From: Takakia lepidozioides
Taxonomy: Eukaryota; Plantae; Bryophyta
NCBI GenBank assembly: GCA_030704615.1
Contig: CM060732.1
Span: forward strand, 70,122,001 to 70,186,000
Length of the DNA: 64,000 nucleotides
Reading direction: 5' to 3'
Position numbers and translations under genes: made by a program. Shown one piece after another: positions 1 to 18,317 of the stretch. Numbering within the stretch: the first letter of the stretch is position 1; every line of letters begins with the position of its first letter. The notes beneath the pieces were generated by a model. It searched no databases, was not told where the DNA came from, and saw only the letters and a list, made by a program, of their open reading frames with translations.

Positions 1-1432
1 ACCTTTTGGACATCTCTTACGAGGTGCAATTCTCATTCAGAATCAGCCACTGTCAACAGATTGAGGGGTAGCCGTGATAGACCACTCCAAGAGAATAGGA
101 TTTACACAACTTAGTGTTCCCTTGCCAGCTGTACTATGAGATCAGAGGGGTATACTAGCATTTCTCTGGAGGTTGTCATAACGAACGCCCAGAGGTGCTG
201 AGCATCATCATGAGTGCCACTCTGTCTCCCACCTTGTCAGAAATGGACTTGTCTGATATTTGTCCTGTGGATTTTAGTGTTCCAAATATTGTGTGGATTC
301 TTTTGGGTCTGCTAAGGCCTTTGGGCTTCCTCTTGACATGTTCTTCTCTTGTCCTTCTTCAGCCCTAGTTGTGCTTTTTTGAATCTTGTGGTTCTACATT
401 ATCGCATGGGGCCTTGGGGGCCCTTGTAGACCTTACAAAGTTTTAACCAAGGGAACTCCTTGGATGAAACTTGAGGATTGCAAGTGTTCCTTTGTTGTTG
501 AAAATACAGACAGATTCTCCCTCTCTTTTGGTCAAAAAGGGGGTTTGGACTATGCAGGATGCGCCCCTTGTCCAAGTGGAAACTTCATACTTGACAATGC
601 TACCATATGCACCTGCAAACTTGCTCAAGGTCTTCTACCCCTCTCTTTAAATGATGATGTCATCCATCACTTGTTTTCTTGAAATCTTCCTCTAGACTGG
701 GGTGCCCTCTATTCAATAACTTGCTGTAAAATGTTGAGAACTATGCACTCATGAAACCTCTGTCAGCCGAAGCTAAGGTCACTGTCACAATAATATCTTA
801 AAGCAATATTTACTTTCTAATCAGAAATTCAGAAATTCAAAGGTTTAACCCCACTTGTCAGGTTTTTGATGCTCTGACTGTGCTTTAGTGGCCCTTCAGC
901 CAAGTTGAAAGTTCAGGGCCTTGAAGTAACTTCCTTGAGAAATGGTAGAAACTTCTTTTGTAAGTTTTCTGCGTGTGCCAAGAGCAGTTGTGTCGCGGGT
1001 CCTTTCTCTACTTGCCTCCTCATTCAGGGTCTTTAGGGCCTTCCATGGATGTAATAAACTCTATTTCTTGCTCCATAAAAAGTTACTTTCTTCCTTTCTT
1101 TTTTGCAGCTGTGAGGACCCAAAGTACATAGCAGTTACCTGCAGGAGCCATGTTATGTTAAGGTTGTACTGGGTGTCGTGTGGACACAAAAACTTTCTTC
1201 CCTGGGTTATTACTCTCTCTTTTGGATGATCGTTCGATACCAGGCCTACAGCTTCGATACACTTGTTCTTTGGGCTTCTTGTGGGGGTCCCTCTCTTTCT
1301 TGTTTCATGACTTCTCTTGTCCCATAAGCTCTTTGAGCTTTCTGGGGACATTATTAAGTATCCTTCCATTTCGTCCTCTAAAGATCATGACTGACATCCT
1401 TGCCTTTTGATGTATTGGTGAAAATGTTGAAG

Positions 1433-4982
<3,550 letters not shown>

Positions 4983-7477
4983 TGAATCGACTGTCTCATC
5001 CCACAAATAAAGTGTCCATAAAATTACAAGCTTGAAGCTCTCATCCAGATGACTGTAGCCGGACTGCCATCACATTGATTGTTGACTGGGACCTCATGAG
5101 GGTTATGGCAACCTTAACCTGCTGTACACAGACCTTTCCCCAGCCTATTGTTCTAGAATCAACTTCATCAGTACACAGATCCCACCCTAAAGAGGCAGTT
5201 CAAGGGTTCGAGGATGGTTCAAGGAAACACCGGGGGATACAGACAACCCTGCGGTGTCCAAAGATTAAAGTTTTTAGCCTCAGATTCTGATTCTGAAGGC
5301 TCTATATTGCCCCACTAGATGCATAGCCCAGGCAAACAACAGGGCTTTGCTGAAATATTTCAGGAGGGCAAGCAGTTGCATAGCCCAAATGAAGGGCTGC
5401 CCAGATTACACAAGGTTGGAGTGGGTGACATGGGAAGGCTGGAGTCTCAACCCCTCATGAAATTGGGCATTGTAGCCATGATGGTCTAAGAGCCTTCAGC
5501 TTACATGAAAGGTCACAATACTGTCATTGTGGGTGCGATTGACTAATCAGTAGACAAATGGCACCTTGGTCAAGACAAAAAGAACTGGCAAGCAGAACTA
5601 ATGTTGGGAACATACCTTAGATTTAAGGAGGGCAAGGAACTTGGTCGTACATTACAGAGACATAGATGAACTCAATGATAACGACAAACCAATGGAGAGC
5701 ATGTAGAGGTCACCATGAAGAAAGTTCCCTTTTTGCCTTTGCCATGAAGGAAGTGAACACTCATACTGCAACTCGAAGAACCAAAACCCTGATGACTGTG
5801 GCCAACCCATAGAAAGCTGCAGAAGCTCTTTGTTTACATGTCTTCTATGATATCTCTCTTCTATGCATATATCTCCTTGCCATTGAATTTAGGGATTACC
5901 GTAGTTAGACATCACAGCCTATAAGACCTCTAGGCCAATTGTGAGATGTCTAACTTAAGTTGTTGAACTTGAAGCCGCTACCTGGTTGTGTAATGGCTCC
6001 TCCTTTGTACATAATTAATTTGGAAGCTCATATTTTATGCACTTTCTTCTTCTGCAGTGTTTATCTTAGACACAGGATCAACCTGGTTATGCATAGCCCT
6101 ACCAGGAAGTTAGTAAAGCAGTGACTCTTGTTATAGCATGATGATTATGTTTTTCTGACAAAAAGACCCCCCAAGCAATTTTAGAGTTGGGGAGAGAGAC
6201 AAACCTTCTAAAGGTTGAGCTAGTGTTGAGCTGGTTGGCCCACCACTCCAACTTCATCTTCAAACTCAAGGGTGCAATGACAAGATACTAATGTTGGTAT
6301 TATAAACAAGTAGCTATGTAGTTGTGAGATGGCTCCAAGTTGAGATTAACCCCACCACCACTAGCCCAAAAACAGTATGTAGTGGCATGGATAATACCGT
6401 AACTTCCTACCCTGAATCATCCACAGAAACTAACCTTACAAAAACTTCCCTCCATACTACACCTGAATTTTCACAAACTTTCGCTTGGAATGGTGGGGGG
6501 GCCTGAGAGCAACTGTTGTGGCAATTGGGAGATTATAGAAAAACCAGAATGTGGATTTTCCACATGGACTCTAGATTTCCCCCCAAAAAAAGCTTTGACC
6601 AAGCTCGACCTGTAGGTTCTGAATTTCTCCTGTGGGATTGCCCTGCATACTCAGGTTCCTGGACACCCACATGGTTCAAGAGTCAAATCTCATCTCCATA
6701 CACCAGAAAATTGTAGGGGGTCCCTTGTATGTGAAATTGGGGGGGAAGGGGGGTGGGGGGAATTACATTCTGACTGCAAAATGCTACATTTTTGGCCCAT
6801 GGGGTCCTCAACTTTTACCTGAACTCAAATTCCTACTGTAATCTTCTGCTCTGCAACAATGCATGCAGAATGGCCAAGAAATATTGGATAATTCTCCAAT
6901 GTGAAATGGGGTGATTTCTGGGTTGTATCCATGGGGGGGGGGGGTGTGCACTTCCAAATATTCCGATACTAAGTACAAAAAAATATAGGGTACAATATAT
7001 TCTTGGCAGATAAAATTTAGAAAACAATTACAACTACCAATAGGGTCCTGATAAAGACATGGGACGCGGTCGTCTAGTTATTGGTTTATTAGCCATATTT
7101 TCTGCTCATCCACTGAAATTTGGACAGAATCATCCTCCTCTGTACTTTCATTTATCATCCATATTAGGCGAATTCATCCAAGATTTATTTTATTTTTTGA
7201 GAATTTTGGCGATTTCATCCATGAGAAAACAGGGAATTTACGACAGAATATTCGATTTTGATTTTTGAGGTCGAAAAAGTGCGAAATTTCGCCACTGCCC
7301 CAGGTTGTATCCCACGTAAGATTGCTGTTGGCCCAATGGGGCCTCCCACCTGCGACCGCCTGCCACAACCCTGCTGACACCTCCTAGGCCAAATGTTGGA
7401 GCACGTGGCAGCACTTGGAGAATTTTAGATGGCCCTGTATTTTTTTATTTTGGCCGCTCTAAATTGGAGCGGCCAAA

Positions 7478-7952
7478 TGTGGGGCCATGGATTCCACTAA
7501 TGCACTGCATATTCTCTTCTATCAGCATTTGGATGAAAAGTAGGAAGCAGTTAAAGAATTTGGCACATGGCCTATCTTTGGCATTTAAAGCTTTGTCCCT
7601 TATTAACAGTAATGTGATAAGACAGGCTGGAGCTAATGCGTGGTTTTGAGGTCCTATAATTCGGAGGGCAAATAAGATCGAGGCATGTGGCCACTGAGAT
7701 TAGGTGTTTCAACATATTTAAGCTATGAGGGCTTAGGCTCTGTTTTGGTGTGTCAAACTATGTGCATGAATGTCCTTGTGTTCTTGGGATGAAAAGCGTT
7801 TGATGTCGTGCAGGCTAGGCTGATTGGTTCTGTCACTATGTACTCTGCAATTGATTCCTCCCTCATCAGCTTATAAGCACGTTCTACGGACTACATACAC
7901 ATATGAACTACATACCGATAGAAAAGCTGTACCGTGAGAGGAAGATAGGATA
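7478..7952 (+). repeat. ~470-bp direct repeat, copy 1; putative 5' LTR of a decayed Gypsy-like element
   Basis: Aligns by eye along its length with 21005-21468 and starts TGTGGGGCC. TGGTGGAGA at 7971 is PBS-like. Confidence 0.55.
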
Positions 7953-9009
7953 TTCTCAGGACGGAAGATTTGGTGGAGACGGAGGGCACGCTAATTTGGC
8001 GTGCCTATGCATAGGCTCGGCCTGCTGGAACAAAGGCGGGTGGCGGCCATGGCGGCGCTCACAGTACGAGTGTGTCTGGGTGATCATTGCCTCAGGTTGC
8101 AAGTACAGGGTTACCATAATGGTTTTGTGTTTCAAGGTACGAGTAACTCCCATGTGACCAACATAAATAGATGCATGATGAAGCTCAAGCAGCGTTGGCA
8201 CTGAATCCATATTAGGAACAGTGTTTTTTTTTTTGGTTCTTAAGAAGTAGCCAGCATGGCTCCTTAGGACTGGCGGATGGTGCCAATGTGGCGGCGTCAG
8301 TGCTATGGGAGTGTAAACAGGGTGGCTCCTTCAAGAAGAAGCATGTCGCAGGGAGGCAACGCTTGAAAATGTGTAGTTGTTACAACAGACGATTAGTTTT
8401 ACAGTGTGGGAGAAAAGTTCTGGCTTCTTTTAATTCTGGATGTGGTTACTTTGGCGAAAGGATTATTTTTTGGGCAGTGAAATGGCGACTACCAGCAATG
8501 ATATATACAATTTTGGGCGAAATTGCAAGCTTGCAAAACTGAAACAAAGAACGTAGATTCAACCATGAACTATAGGACAGAGTCCAGACCACAAACACCT
8601 CACATTCAAGTCCAACATGCCAAAGCACACCTTATCCAAGACCACATGAAGGGACAAACACTCACGGGGAATTGAACCCCTGAAACGAGGGCAGCTAAGG
8701 CATGAGCAGATTCCCTGATGCGGACCCCAAAACCGAGGGAACAAGTGGGCCTATAGCCGTGGACGCGAACTCCACTGCAAGGATGCAGTGTCCGTTCGAT
8801 CGGATCGAAGACAGACATACTCCATGACGACAATGTGGCACGAAAATGCGATGAAAAAGGTTTCGGATGAATGTATGTGGGATGAACGCAAACGGGAATG
8901 GATGAACGCTGGATGATTATCGGATGAAAAATTGCCCGGACGAGTAAACCATGGATGACTGCAACAACATGTATCATCAGGGATTCATGAGCATGCGCAG
9001 AAAGAAGGC

Positions 9010-9540
9010 ATTAAGCTGTCGTCAACGACAGCTTAATTCGTAGCCCATCTCAGCATATGTCAGCCCACGATAAAACCATAGGGGGGGGTTCATTTTTGTG
9101 CAGGGAAGTAGGCCTAAAGGTGCCCTCAAGGGTAGCTCAATTCCGAACAGGGTCACATGACATTTCAACTCAGAGAACACATGCATTACCGGTAAGTGAG
9201 TGTGTGGAGGGGCTGCAGATTAAGGTGTCGTCAACGACATCTTAATTCCTATCCCAGTGCCAACTTGAGAATTGAACCCAACAGGGGAAAAAAAAAAAAA
9301 AAAACAATCCCCGAAAAGTGACAAATTAGATGTTATTGAAGAGGGAACACATGCCTTAGCGATAAGCATGTGTATGCAGGCGCTAGGGATTAAGGTATCA
9401 TCAACGACACCTTAATTCGCTGCCCTGTCCGAACATGAGAATTGAACCCAACAGACCCAAAATAATAATAATAATAATAATAATTCCCCCCCCCCCCCCC
9501 GAAATGTGTCAGATTAAGGTGTCGTCAACAACATCTTAAT
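9010..9540. repeat. Array of four 28-bp near-palindromes, consensus ATTAAGGTGTCGT-CA-ACGACACCTTAAT, in ~120-210-bp related units
   Basis: Copies start at 9010, 9219, 9389 and 9513. The 9010 copy has a compensatory stem change. Confidence 0.85.
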
Positions 9541-9790
9541 CTGGTTGGTCTTCTGGTGTGCTATTTGGGATGAATGGCATCGACAAATTGCTCGGACTAC
9601 ATAACTTATGATTCGTTGTCATGTCCTTCTTCCAGGTGGCCAGAAGTTTGTTCATTGGTGTACGATCGTTGACCTCAGGACGCATCATTTTCATATTCAT
9701 CTTTGGTGCACTCGTTTGGCATGCGGACTATTTGCGAAGTTTGCTCGTTGGTATATGAATGCAGGAGTCCCAGGACACCACGGTTTCTAC

Positions 9791-10591
9791 CAGTGTTGGG
9801 CAGTTCTTGCATTTGTGAAGAACCTTCGGTTCCAGTTCCACAATTATTTCAAGAGACGGTTCCGAATCCGATTCCGTATTGAGCCGGTTCCGGATCCAAC
9901 TTTTAAACATGGGGGCGGTTCTGGTTACCGGTTAGTTGCTGATAAAAACCATCGGGTCCGGTTAGGTTCCGGTTCTATTTTAAAATATATTTGTTTAATT
10001 TAATTAGATTTAAAATATTTTATCAGTCTGGTAGATTAAATAGCAGTGTATTCACATATTTGAACTAAAATCCAACGATTTTGTTAGTTTTCACTAAACA
10101 CAAAAAAACAAACAAAAATACTCTAAATAAACTGGTAGAAGAAAATGGGTAAAATTTTATGGGTTGAAAGTACTATTCAGCTACCTGGCAAGTATTGGCA
10201 TCTTCAAACATTTTATTTAATGAACTTAGCCAGGATATCATGGAGCTAGAGATTGAACCCAAGATCTCATGGCGCTGAAGCATTGAACATAGAATCTCAT
10301 GGCCTTCAAGCATTGAACCCATGATCTCAAGAGCTTGAGAGCATTAAATAAGTTTTGCCCTGTGCCCACCAGCCCCACCAAAGGGTCAAGAACCGGAACC
10401 TGTTTTTATCCCCCTGCGCCCTGGTTCTCCGGTTCTCACACCGAGCAGGAACCGCCAGTTCGGTTTTGCGCGGATCCCCATTGGCAGGTTCCGGTTCCGG
10501 GTCAGGTTATGTAGGAATGGGCCCGGTTCCGGTTAACCTGAACCTGAACCGGCGGTTAACCTGGGTCCCGGCGGGTAACCGCCCAACACTG
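9791..10591. mobile_element. hAT-family MITE (801 bp) nested in element A
   Basis: TIR CAGTGTTGGGC...GCCCAACACTG; perfect 8-bp TSD GTTTCTAC (9783-9790, 10592-10599); subterminal GGTTCC/GGAACC repeats. Confidence 0.93.
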
Positions 10592-12924
10592 GTTTCTACC
10601 TTTCTTTGCCAACCCAGATTTTTTCCCAAGTCCTCCAACGAATTTTTATTTGCCATCTTATGCGTAGGTTGCGGCTACGGAATATAGTCTACAAGCATCT
10701 CCCCCTTCTGTGCTTCACAACAGACATAGTTTTCTGAAGAGCAGGACTGGCGTCTTTGCAGACAGTTCTGCCTTCGTTTTGAACAGTAGCTCCTATAGCA
10801 GTGGATCTTCTTTGTCGGAATGAATCACATGTTTTGGAACTTTTATTTATGAAGCACTAGTTCACCTCTCTGCCTTCTTTCCAATTGGGTAAGAGCCTCA
10901 CTATCAACCATCCATACCCCTCCTCAATCAATTCAGCAATGTGGATTCATTGTTGCCAACATACTTTAGAATACACTGCACTATATTTATTTCATTCATC
11001 CATGTGTCATTCGTAATACCAACATTCATCCTCCATTCATCCTTCATTCATCCAAGCAGCATCCATACCCGAACTTGTAATTTTGACCAGTCTGCGCAGT
11101 AATAGGTGTTATAAGTCGAATAGGCGCCCGCGGTTATAGGGAACAAGATCCTGAAGCGTGAGCAGAATTCTGCTCACGGAATTTTTTGCTCATGGTTAAG
11201 CAATCCCCCCCTGAAACTGCCCATTGCAACATAAGTGATCTACACATACATACACAAAATACACCACACAACAACAAAACAATCTAGCTAAGTAATAAGG
11301 CTCACTAAGAGGATTGTTGTTGAAGCATGCACCACGAAAGTGGATAATACCGGGGATTGCTAGTCCGTGAGCGGCTCACGTGAGCGGGAAGATGCCAATC
11401 CGTGAGCAAAAATATTCTCACGTAATAGGGTGCATGGGCCTACAAGCGCGGATGAGGAAGCCCCGGGAGACCTATTTCTGTACATATCATGAGTACTTGG
11501 ATGACTGTTGGATGAATGTTGGATGAATATTGGATGAATTTTGGATGAATGATGGATGATTAATGGATGAATGATGGATGAATAATGATAATGATGATGA
11601 TGATGATGATGTACCTAAACCATACATTCAGAAAACACAGATGCAGCAGGTGCTTGTTAACTCCCATTAAACCCCATTGTAATCAATGTCGCGTTGACAC
11701 AAGGCTGATCCCTGAACTTCCCAAAAGACTAGAAGACACGAAACACTAAGCAAGACGAAGATTTATCTCCCGAAAGAGGCGATTGAAATCCATAGCATAA
11801 TCAAGGTTGCATTAACGCAACCTTGATTGTGTCACATACAAAATGCAAAAAACAGCGCAAAAAAGATGCTTTCATTTCTCAAATCAAGGTTGCGTCAATG
11901 CAAGGTTGATTTGCATCTTGCAATTTTTTATTTTTTTTTGGGAAAAAAGATGCTTTCATTTCTCAAATCAAGGTTGCGTCAACGCAAGGTTGATTTGAAT
12001 CCTACGATTTTTTATTTTTTTATTTTTTTATTGGAAAAATGATGCTTTCATTTCTCAAATCAAAGAAAAAATGAAAAAAAAGAAAGTTAGGGTCAAGGAA
12101 AGGATAGGGAGGGGGAGGGGGGGCTCCGCAACTTGTGGTCTCTGTGGCTTGGACTTAGCCGTTTCAAGCTCCCCTCACAGCTCCCTTCTCTCGTTCTTCC
12201 TCCTCAGGCGTCCCCTCCTTCATTTGTTCACAAGGAGCATTCTCTTCTCTATGCTCGACGAATCTCCTTCCTTCCCTTTCTTACATCTACATGAATTCTT
12301 AACAGCCTTGGTCGGCTCCTCGGACTTGGTGTCTTGACAGCTCAGTGAGAGATGTTACTTCTCTGAAAACGCCCCACCATTTTCCCGGCGCTCTTCATTC
12401 CCCACGCTCCGCCTTAATTCCAATCGGGCTCCCGCGCAGCTCCTCACCAAGCCCTAACAGTGGCTTCCCGCCAATCTTCTTCTTCTCCTATTTGCTGCGA
12501 TCCAGTATCTCTACGTCGTTTGCTCAAGTCCCCTTCTCTTTGGTCTCCTTATTTTCAAGTGCGACCCCTGGTCGATTCCTCAAGGTCTAACGAGGCATCC
12601 CTTGTTAATCTCCCCAACTTTCGCTCTCGTTGCCATGGCGTATGTCCCCGCTGCATTCGGTGCCAACAATCATTGGGGGGAAGCTCGCAGACACTCTAGA
12701 GCTAGAAACAACGTTAATTGCAGAAGGCCCTCTTCCACTGGTTTTGGAGTGCTGGGAGCTGGCCCCAGGCGACCAACCTCCCCGATCAGTTCTTCTTTTT
12801 GTTGGAGCGAAGAAGTGCCTCCGGTGGATGAGGCTCAACCCATTCCCCAACTCAACATGGAGATTAACATGGAGATTCCCAGCTGCTTGCTGAGCAAGGT
12901 GTTCTCTTATACTTCCCCGACAGA

Positions 12925-13866
12925 TTGTTCGCCAGGAACTGGGCCACGGAACATTTTGGCCTTGAAGCGGGTCTAACTAATCATTTTTGTATGGCGTTGG
13001 GGAGAAACTTCTACTCGCTCATGTTCAGCTCTCCCGAGTTTGCTGTCAGGGCACTTGCCTTCAACGTTTGCCTCTCCAAGTGTCGTGTGCACATCTTCCC
13101 CTGGTCAGCCGACTGGGGACATAGAGGTGGTATCACATGCAAACCTAGAGTCTTGGCTCTCCCTTACCTCCCTGGAAACTACCTCAGATCTCTGCCTGAG
13201 ATAGGAGCTCATTTTGGGGTGTATATTGGCTCAATGAATGTTGACGCTCAAAGTATTGACAATGAAGTGTTATCCTTTGATGCCCAGAGAGAGAGAGGAG
13301 CTCCCCAAATTGTGGTCATGATGCCGGTGGAGGCCTCCATCATCCCCACACTCAAGTTACCGACTTTGGACAACTCCTTCGTCACAGTGGCAGTCAAAGA
13401 GGTCTATATTCCGGTGATTTGCTTTCATTGCAATGCAGAGGGGCACATTAAGGCAGATTGCCCCAAGCTTCAAGGCAGACCGATGGCTCCCAAGCCTTCA
13501 GATGATGCACAGTTGGCTTCCCAGGATGCTATGGCAGGGCCTTCCAGGAAAAGATTGGATGTCACGCCACCTCTGCCTCCTCCGTCCAAAAGATCACGGC
13601 CTGATATCGTGGCTTCTCCGGCTGCAATCAGCCCTCGAGTTTACCTGCTCTCTTCACCGTCCCAGGGAACTCCTTATACAACTGATGATATACCGGCTGT
13701 CTTTCCGCTCAACCCCAAAGACGGGACTCAAAGCTTGGCAACGTACTGCCTTCATTTGAAGTCATTTGCAGATGTGCATCTGCCTGATGCTTCTCAGCAG
13801 GCGGGGGGTCATTCGGTGGCAATCACTATGATACGAATACTCGGTCAGTTTCCTTGCCAGCCTTGA
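12925..13866 (+). pseudogene. LINE ORF1 (gag-like, CCHC knuckle)
   Basis: CFHCNAEGHIKADC (CX2CX4HX4C). Probably extends upstream through frameshifted segments. Confidence 0.75.
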
Positions 13867-14170
13867 GATGCTCGAATAGAGCGACCTCGCATGAAGGATT
13901 GTTTTTTATATCAAAATTTCTGAAGGTCTCCATGCATTCACTGCTAACTAGCTCAGTCCTTAAGAGAATTGTCCGGCCTTGCTCCATCTCGGATTCCTTG
14001 TGCCCTAACAGCGTTACAATCTGGTTTGTGGGATCCTTGAAAGTCTCGGCTCCATCGGGTTACAAATGGGTGCCTTCTCTTCTTCCTACCGACCCCCGAC
14101 TGACGTTCGAGGTTACTCCCCTTCAGCCATCAAATTGTGAATCAGTCACGGGCTTCGCAGTTCAGCCTAC

Positions 14171-17100
14171 ATGAGTTGGAATCTATACTATTGGAACATT
14201 AGAGGAATCGGCTCCGAGGGGTCTGTGCCCAAACGATGTAGAAATCCGGAATTGGGCCTCCTCTCTTTTACCTCTTAATAGCATTTTGTTCTTGCAAGAG
14301 CATAAGCTTTCCGATAGAAAAATTGTTTCCTTAGGACAGTCAATCTAGCCTTCCACCCTGGCATGGTGGAACCCGACTATAGTAGACTCTAGAGGCGGTA
14401 CTGCCATCCTTGTCTCGCCTTCGTTGGGTAATTGCATTTCAAAAGTTGACATTTGGATGCCAGGTAGGGCTCAATGTACTTTCACTGTTAGCTCCTCTGT
14501 TTTTGGGCCTTCAGCTTTCATAAACATATATGCTCCTAACCACTTCAGAGCGCATAGATTTCTGGGCTTCAATTCATGAATCAATTTTAAAGCATCCAAA
14601 GGTAGATAACTGGATCCTAGGAGGTGATTTCAATATGGTAGAATGTCTTTCTGACAGGCTGGGGCCATCCTCTCATACCTTAGCCTGGGATCGTCTTTGC
14701 TTTTCAGTTGGCCTCTCTGATTCCTTCCACTTTGTGTGTTCTTCTCTTAGATTCACTTGGTCAAACAATAGAAGCCCTCCAGATTTATGCATGGCCAGGC
14801 CGGATAGGTTTTATTCTTCTCCCACAACCTCTTCTTGGATCTCTCCAATCCCTCTTCCCCCTATCTTGCCTGATTTCGATCATGCGTTGGTCTCAGTTCA
14901 GTTAAGAGTGCCTGGGCTCCACCGCAGGGGTAGAGGTTTCTTCAAACTAAACCCTTCTCTTCTTAAATCCATTCCTATGGTGCAGGATCTGGGAAAGGTC
15001 TGGCAAGAGGCGGGTAATTCTTTTGCCTCTCCCTCAATCAGATTTCTTTCTAAGCTCGCTGCTACCAGATCCAGAGCTCAATTTTTGTCTAGACAGATGG
15101 CGGAAGATAGGGCTAGAAAGGAGAAGGTCCTTCTGAAAACAATTGCCCACTGTCAGTGGCTGGTTGAGTCTAATCTGGTGGGTCCTGTCACTTTCCAGTC
15201 GCTATTCCAGGCCAGGCGATAATTAGCTGAGCTCCACGCCTTAAAAGAGCTCAACATGAAAAGGAAAGCAGGGGTGGCCTGGTCATTGAAGGGTGAAAAA
15301 ATGTCGGCGTATTTTTTTTCAGAAGGCTAAACAGCGTTAGTCGGTTGTTTCCATATGCTCTCTCAGAGATCGTATGAATACATCCCACTCTAGCCCCAAG
15401 GCAATGGCTCCTGTGGCAGCATCCTTTTTCTCCAATCTTTTTGCTCGCCCCATAATTTCTATGGACACTGTGGAATCGAGACATAGAGTCTTGGACTGTG
15501 TTCCCAGAATTTTATCTCAAGAAGAGTCCTTATCTCTCTCAGTTCCATTCTCGGTAGATGAATTGTGTGATGCCATGGAAGCCCTGCCCTCTCTAAAATC
15601 GCCGGGCCTCAATGGACTTCCTGTAGAGTTTTTCAAAGCCCTTTGGAGCTATTTGGGAGATGATTTTCTTCTCATGGCAAACGACATCATTCATAAGGGC
15701 ATTATGCTATCCTAACTTTCTCAAGGAGTCATTACCTTGATTTTCAAGAAGGGCGACAGAGATATTATTTTCAATTATAGACCCATTACCATGCTCAATT
15801 CAACCTACAAAATTATTGCTAAGGCTCTTGCGTTGAGATTGCAGCCCTTCCTACATAAGCTTGTGCGACCTGATCAGACCGGTTTCATGAGCAACAGGTT
15901 GATCCTGGATAATATCCTCTTGGCCTTTGAAGCCTTGCAATTTGCTTGTGAATCGGATCAACCTCTGGCCCTGCTTATGTTGGACTTCGAGAAGGCGTTC
16001 GACAATGTGGATTGGGACTTCCTCTTGGGTGCTATGCAAAAGCTAGGATTTTTAGGGAGCTTTCTTCAATGGGTCAAGATCCTGATCTCTTCTGCTTCCA
16101 GTAAAGTCCTGGTGAATGGTGTCCTCTCCTCCGCCTTTCAATTACATCGTTCTGTTCGGCAAGGTTGCCCGTTGGCCCCCTTTCTTTTCTTGTTTGCGGC
16201 AGATTGTCTTGGACATCTCCTTGACTCTTGTTCGCACATACAGGGCCTGCAGATCCCCCGTTCACTGCCTGCTCCTACGTCGATCAAAACTTTGCTATAC
16301 GCTGATGATACAGTCATGTTGTTGAACAACGCTATGACGTCGAATATAACGGCCGCGTTGCAGGCTCTTCATCATTTTTGTATGGCGTCGGGTATCAAGG
16401 TTAATTGGTCTAAGTCAGTAGGGATCCTCTCTAAACAGCAACCAGACTCGATAAACAACCATGCAGATGCCTGGGGCAATGATCTTGGTTTGCGTTGGCT
16501 TCAGAACGGGCAAGCCCACAAGCTGCTCGGGCACCTCATAGGTCACGATCTGACAGACTCTCAACGTTGTGAAGCTGTCGTGAAGATCATCAAGAAGCAT
16601 TTTGCCTGTTGGAGTTCTCTTGGGCTCTCAATTACAGGGCGAGCTCTCGTGGCTAACCAAGTGATTCTCGCATCCTCGTGGTTCTCCGTTGCAGTCTGGT
16701 CTCCAGGCTCCGAAATTATTAACCAAATTAAAGTCTTGGGTAGAAACTTCCTCTGGGGTGGAACTGCCTTCTCTCCAAATCGCAGAGCTCTGGTTAGTTG
16801 GGCTCAAATCACCCAGAAGAAAAAATCAGGAGGACTAGGTATCATAGACCCTCTTGCTCCCTTCTCGCAAAATGGGTTCCCAGGATTTTCACGAATCTTT
16901 TAGCTCCGTGGAGTCTGCTGGTCCGTCATCATGTTATGGATGCAGCTCCCACTTCTGGAGACTGGCCTAAATCCCTTCGTTGGATCATGCAAGGTAAAAG
17001 ATCATTCAGAACACATCCCTTGGGCTCCAAAGCATGGCAATCTATATGGGTTGCATGGATTCAATTGAGAAACTCGCTCTATCAAACCATGCCATCCACA

Positions 17101-18317
17101 TTGGAAGAGGCCTTGCGACAGCCTCTATTTGCCGAACTACAACTCCGATTCAGAGGTGCTTTAATCGGGTGCTAAAAAATGGGCTCATTGGGAGAAGGCT
17201 GGAATTTCGCATTTTTGCCATATCTGGGATCCTCCCAGCTTCCTCCCCAAAGACTTGGTCACCTCCTATCTCACTTCCAGAAGGGCAAGAGCTTGGGATT
17301 CATTGGTAACAGAGATACCCCAGCTTTGGACCTCTTTTCCCTCGGTTCAGGTGGCACCAAGGCTGCTTCTTGCCTGGCTTGGGAAAGGTGCCCCCGGGTC
17401 TGCGCAGGTGCCCTCTACGCCGTATCTCGCCATGGCAACAATTTGGCGGGCTGGCAGTTTCAGGCTGATAGGGTTGGGGGCTTGTACCAACCATCGTTCA
17501 AATATCTTCAAGAAGAAGGTCTCTTTGCGATTAGAGTGTTCTGCAGGATCTTGGGAGCATGCAACCCTTCGCCGCCAGCCAATATCAAACACTATAGTGG
17601 ATCTTTCTGTTGGTTCCTCAATGCACCAGTCACACAACTTCAGTTTGACCCAGCAGAGTGGAACTGGATGTCAAGCCCTCACAAACCCTTCTTTAGCTAT
17701 TCGGTCAAGCTTGGTTACGATTTGATGAGACCCCCAACTCTCTTCTCTCACAAATGGAATTGTAAATGGGAGCATCTTCCATTGCCCCCTGTGAATTGGC
17801 AATTGGTTTGGAAGGATGTTTGGAGGAAACAAAGGGCAGCAAAAATATGTGGATTTCTATGGAAGATTGTCAATCGTATTTTGCCAGTATTCGCTTACAT
17901 TTCGGATCCACAGCTCCCATGCTCCATCTGTAACTCGAATGGTCCAGAGACCATTGAGCATTGCATGGTCCAATGCCCTCTGGCCTCATTCGTTTGGGTT
18001 GCAATTAGAGATTTTATGCTGACTGGTCATTGGACTTCTCTTCCCAGATTTCTGTTTTGCTCTTGAACATGCACAATGGTGCTTACTGGAGTACATGCCC
18101 ACTCTGGATTGCACTGCGAGCCCACACCTTGTGGAATATTTGGAAATGTAGGTGTTCCTGTGTTTATGAGGCTAAGATACCAAGTGTTGTATTGTATCGA
18201 ATTCACAACGATCTTATGACTGAAGCGATAAAATCGTCGAGCGGTTTGTGTGTAGTTGTTGCCAGAAGCTCTCAGAACAAGAGATTGCAATTATTCGCTG
18301 ACTTTGATAAGTCCTAG
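14171..18317 (+). pseudogene. LINE ORF2 (AP endonuclease, reverse transcriptase, zf-RVT) with stops and frameshifts
   Basis: YWNIRGI, FLQEHK and GGDFN (APE); KSPG, NYRPITML, LDFEKAFD, RQGCPLAP and LYADD (RT); CSIC...ETIEHCMVQC (zf-RVT). Confidence 0.93.

Larger units (their letters stand above)
8687..11208. mobile_element. Non-autonomous Mutator-like element A (9-bp TSD, short asymmetric termini)
   Basis: TSD CCCTGAAAC at 8678-8686 and 11209-11217. Ends are GAGGGCAGCTA... and ...AGCAATCCCC. Inverted subterminal CCTATAGCCG-like motifs and GGATGAA/TTCATCC arrays; no transposase ORF. Confidence 0.75.

Noticed and set aside
1-1400. Possible RLK ectodomain exons or an antisense LINE ORF1 relic
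   Set aside because: No continuous frame or diagnostic motif; left unannotated as probable intron.
9010-9540. CRISPR-like array of palindromic repeats
   Set aside because: The spacers are long, related to each other and contain homopolymers. There are no cas genes, and the array lies inside a TSD-bounded eukaryotic element.
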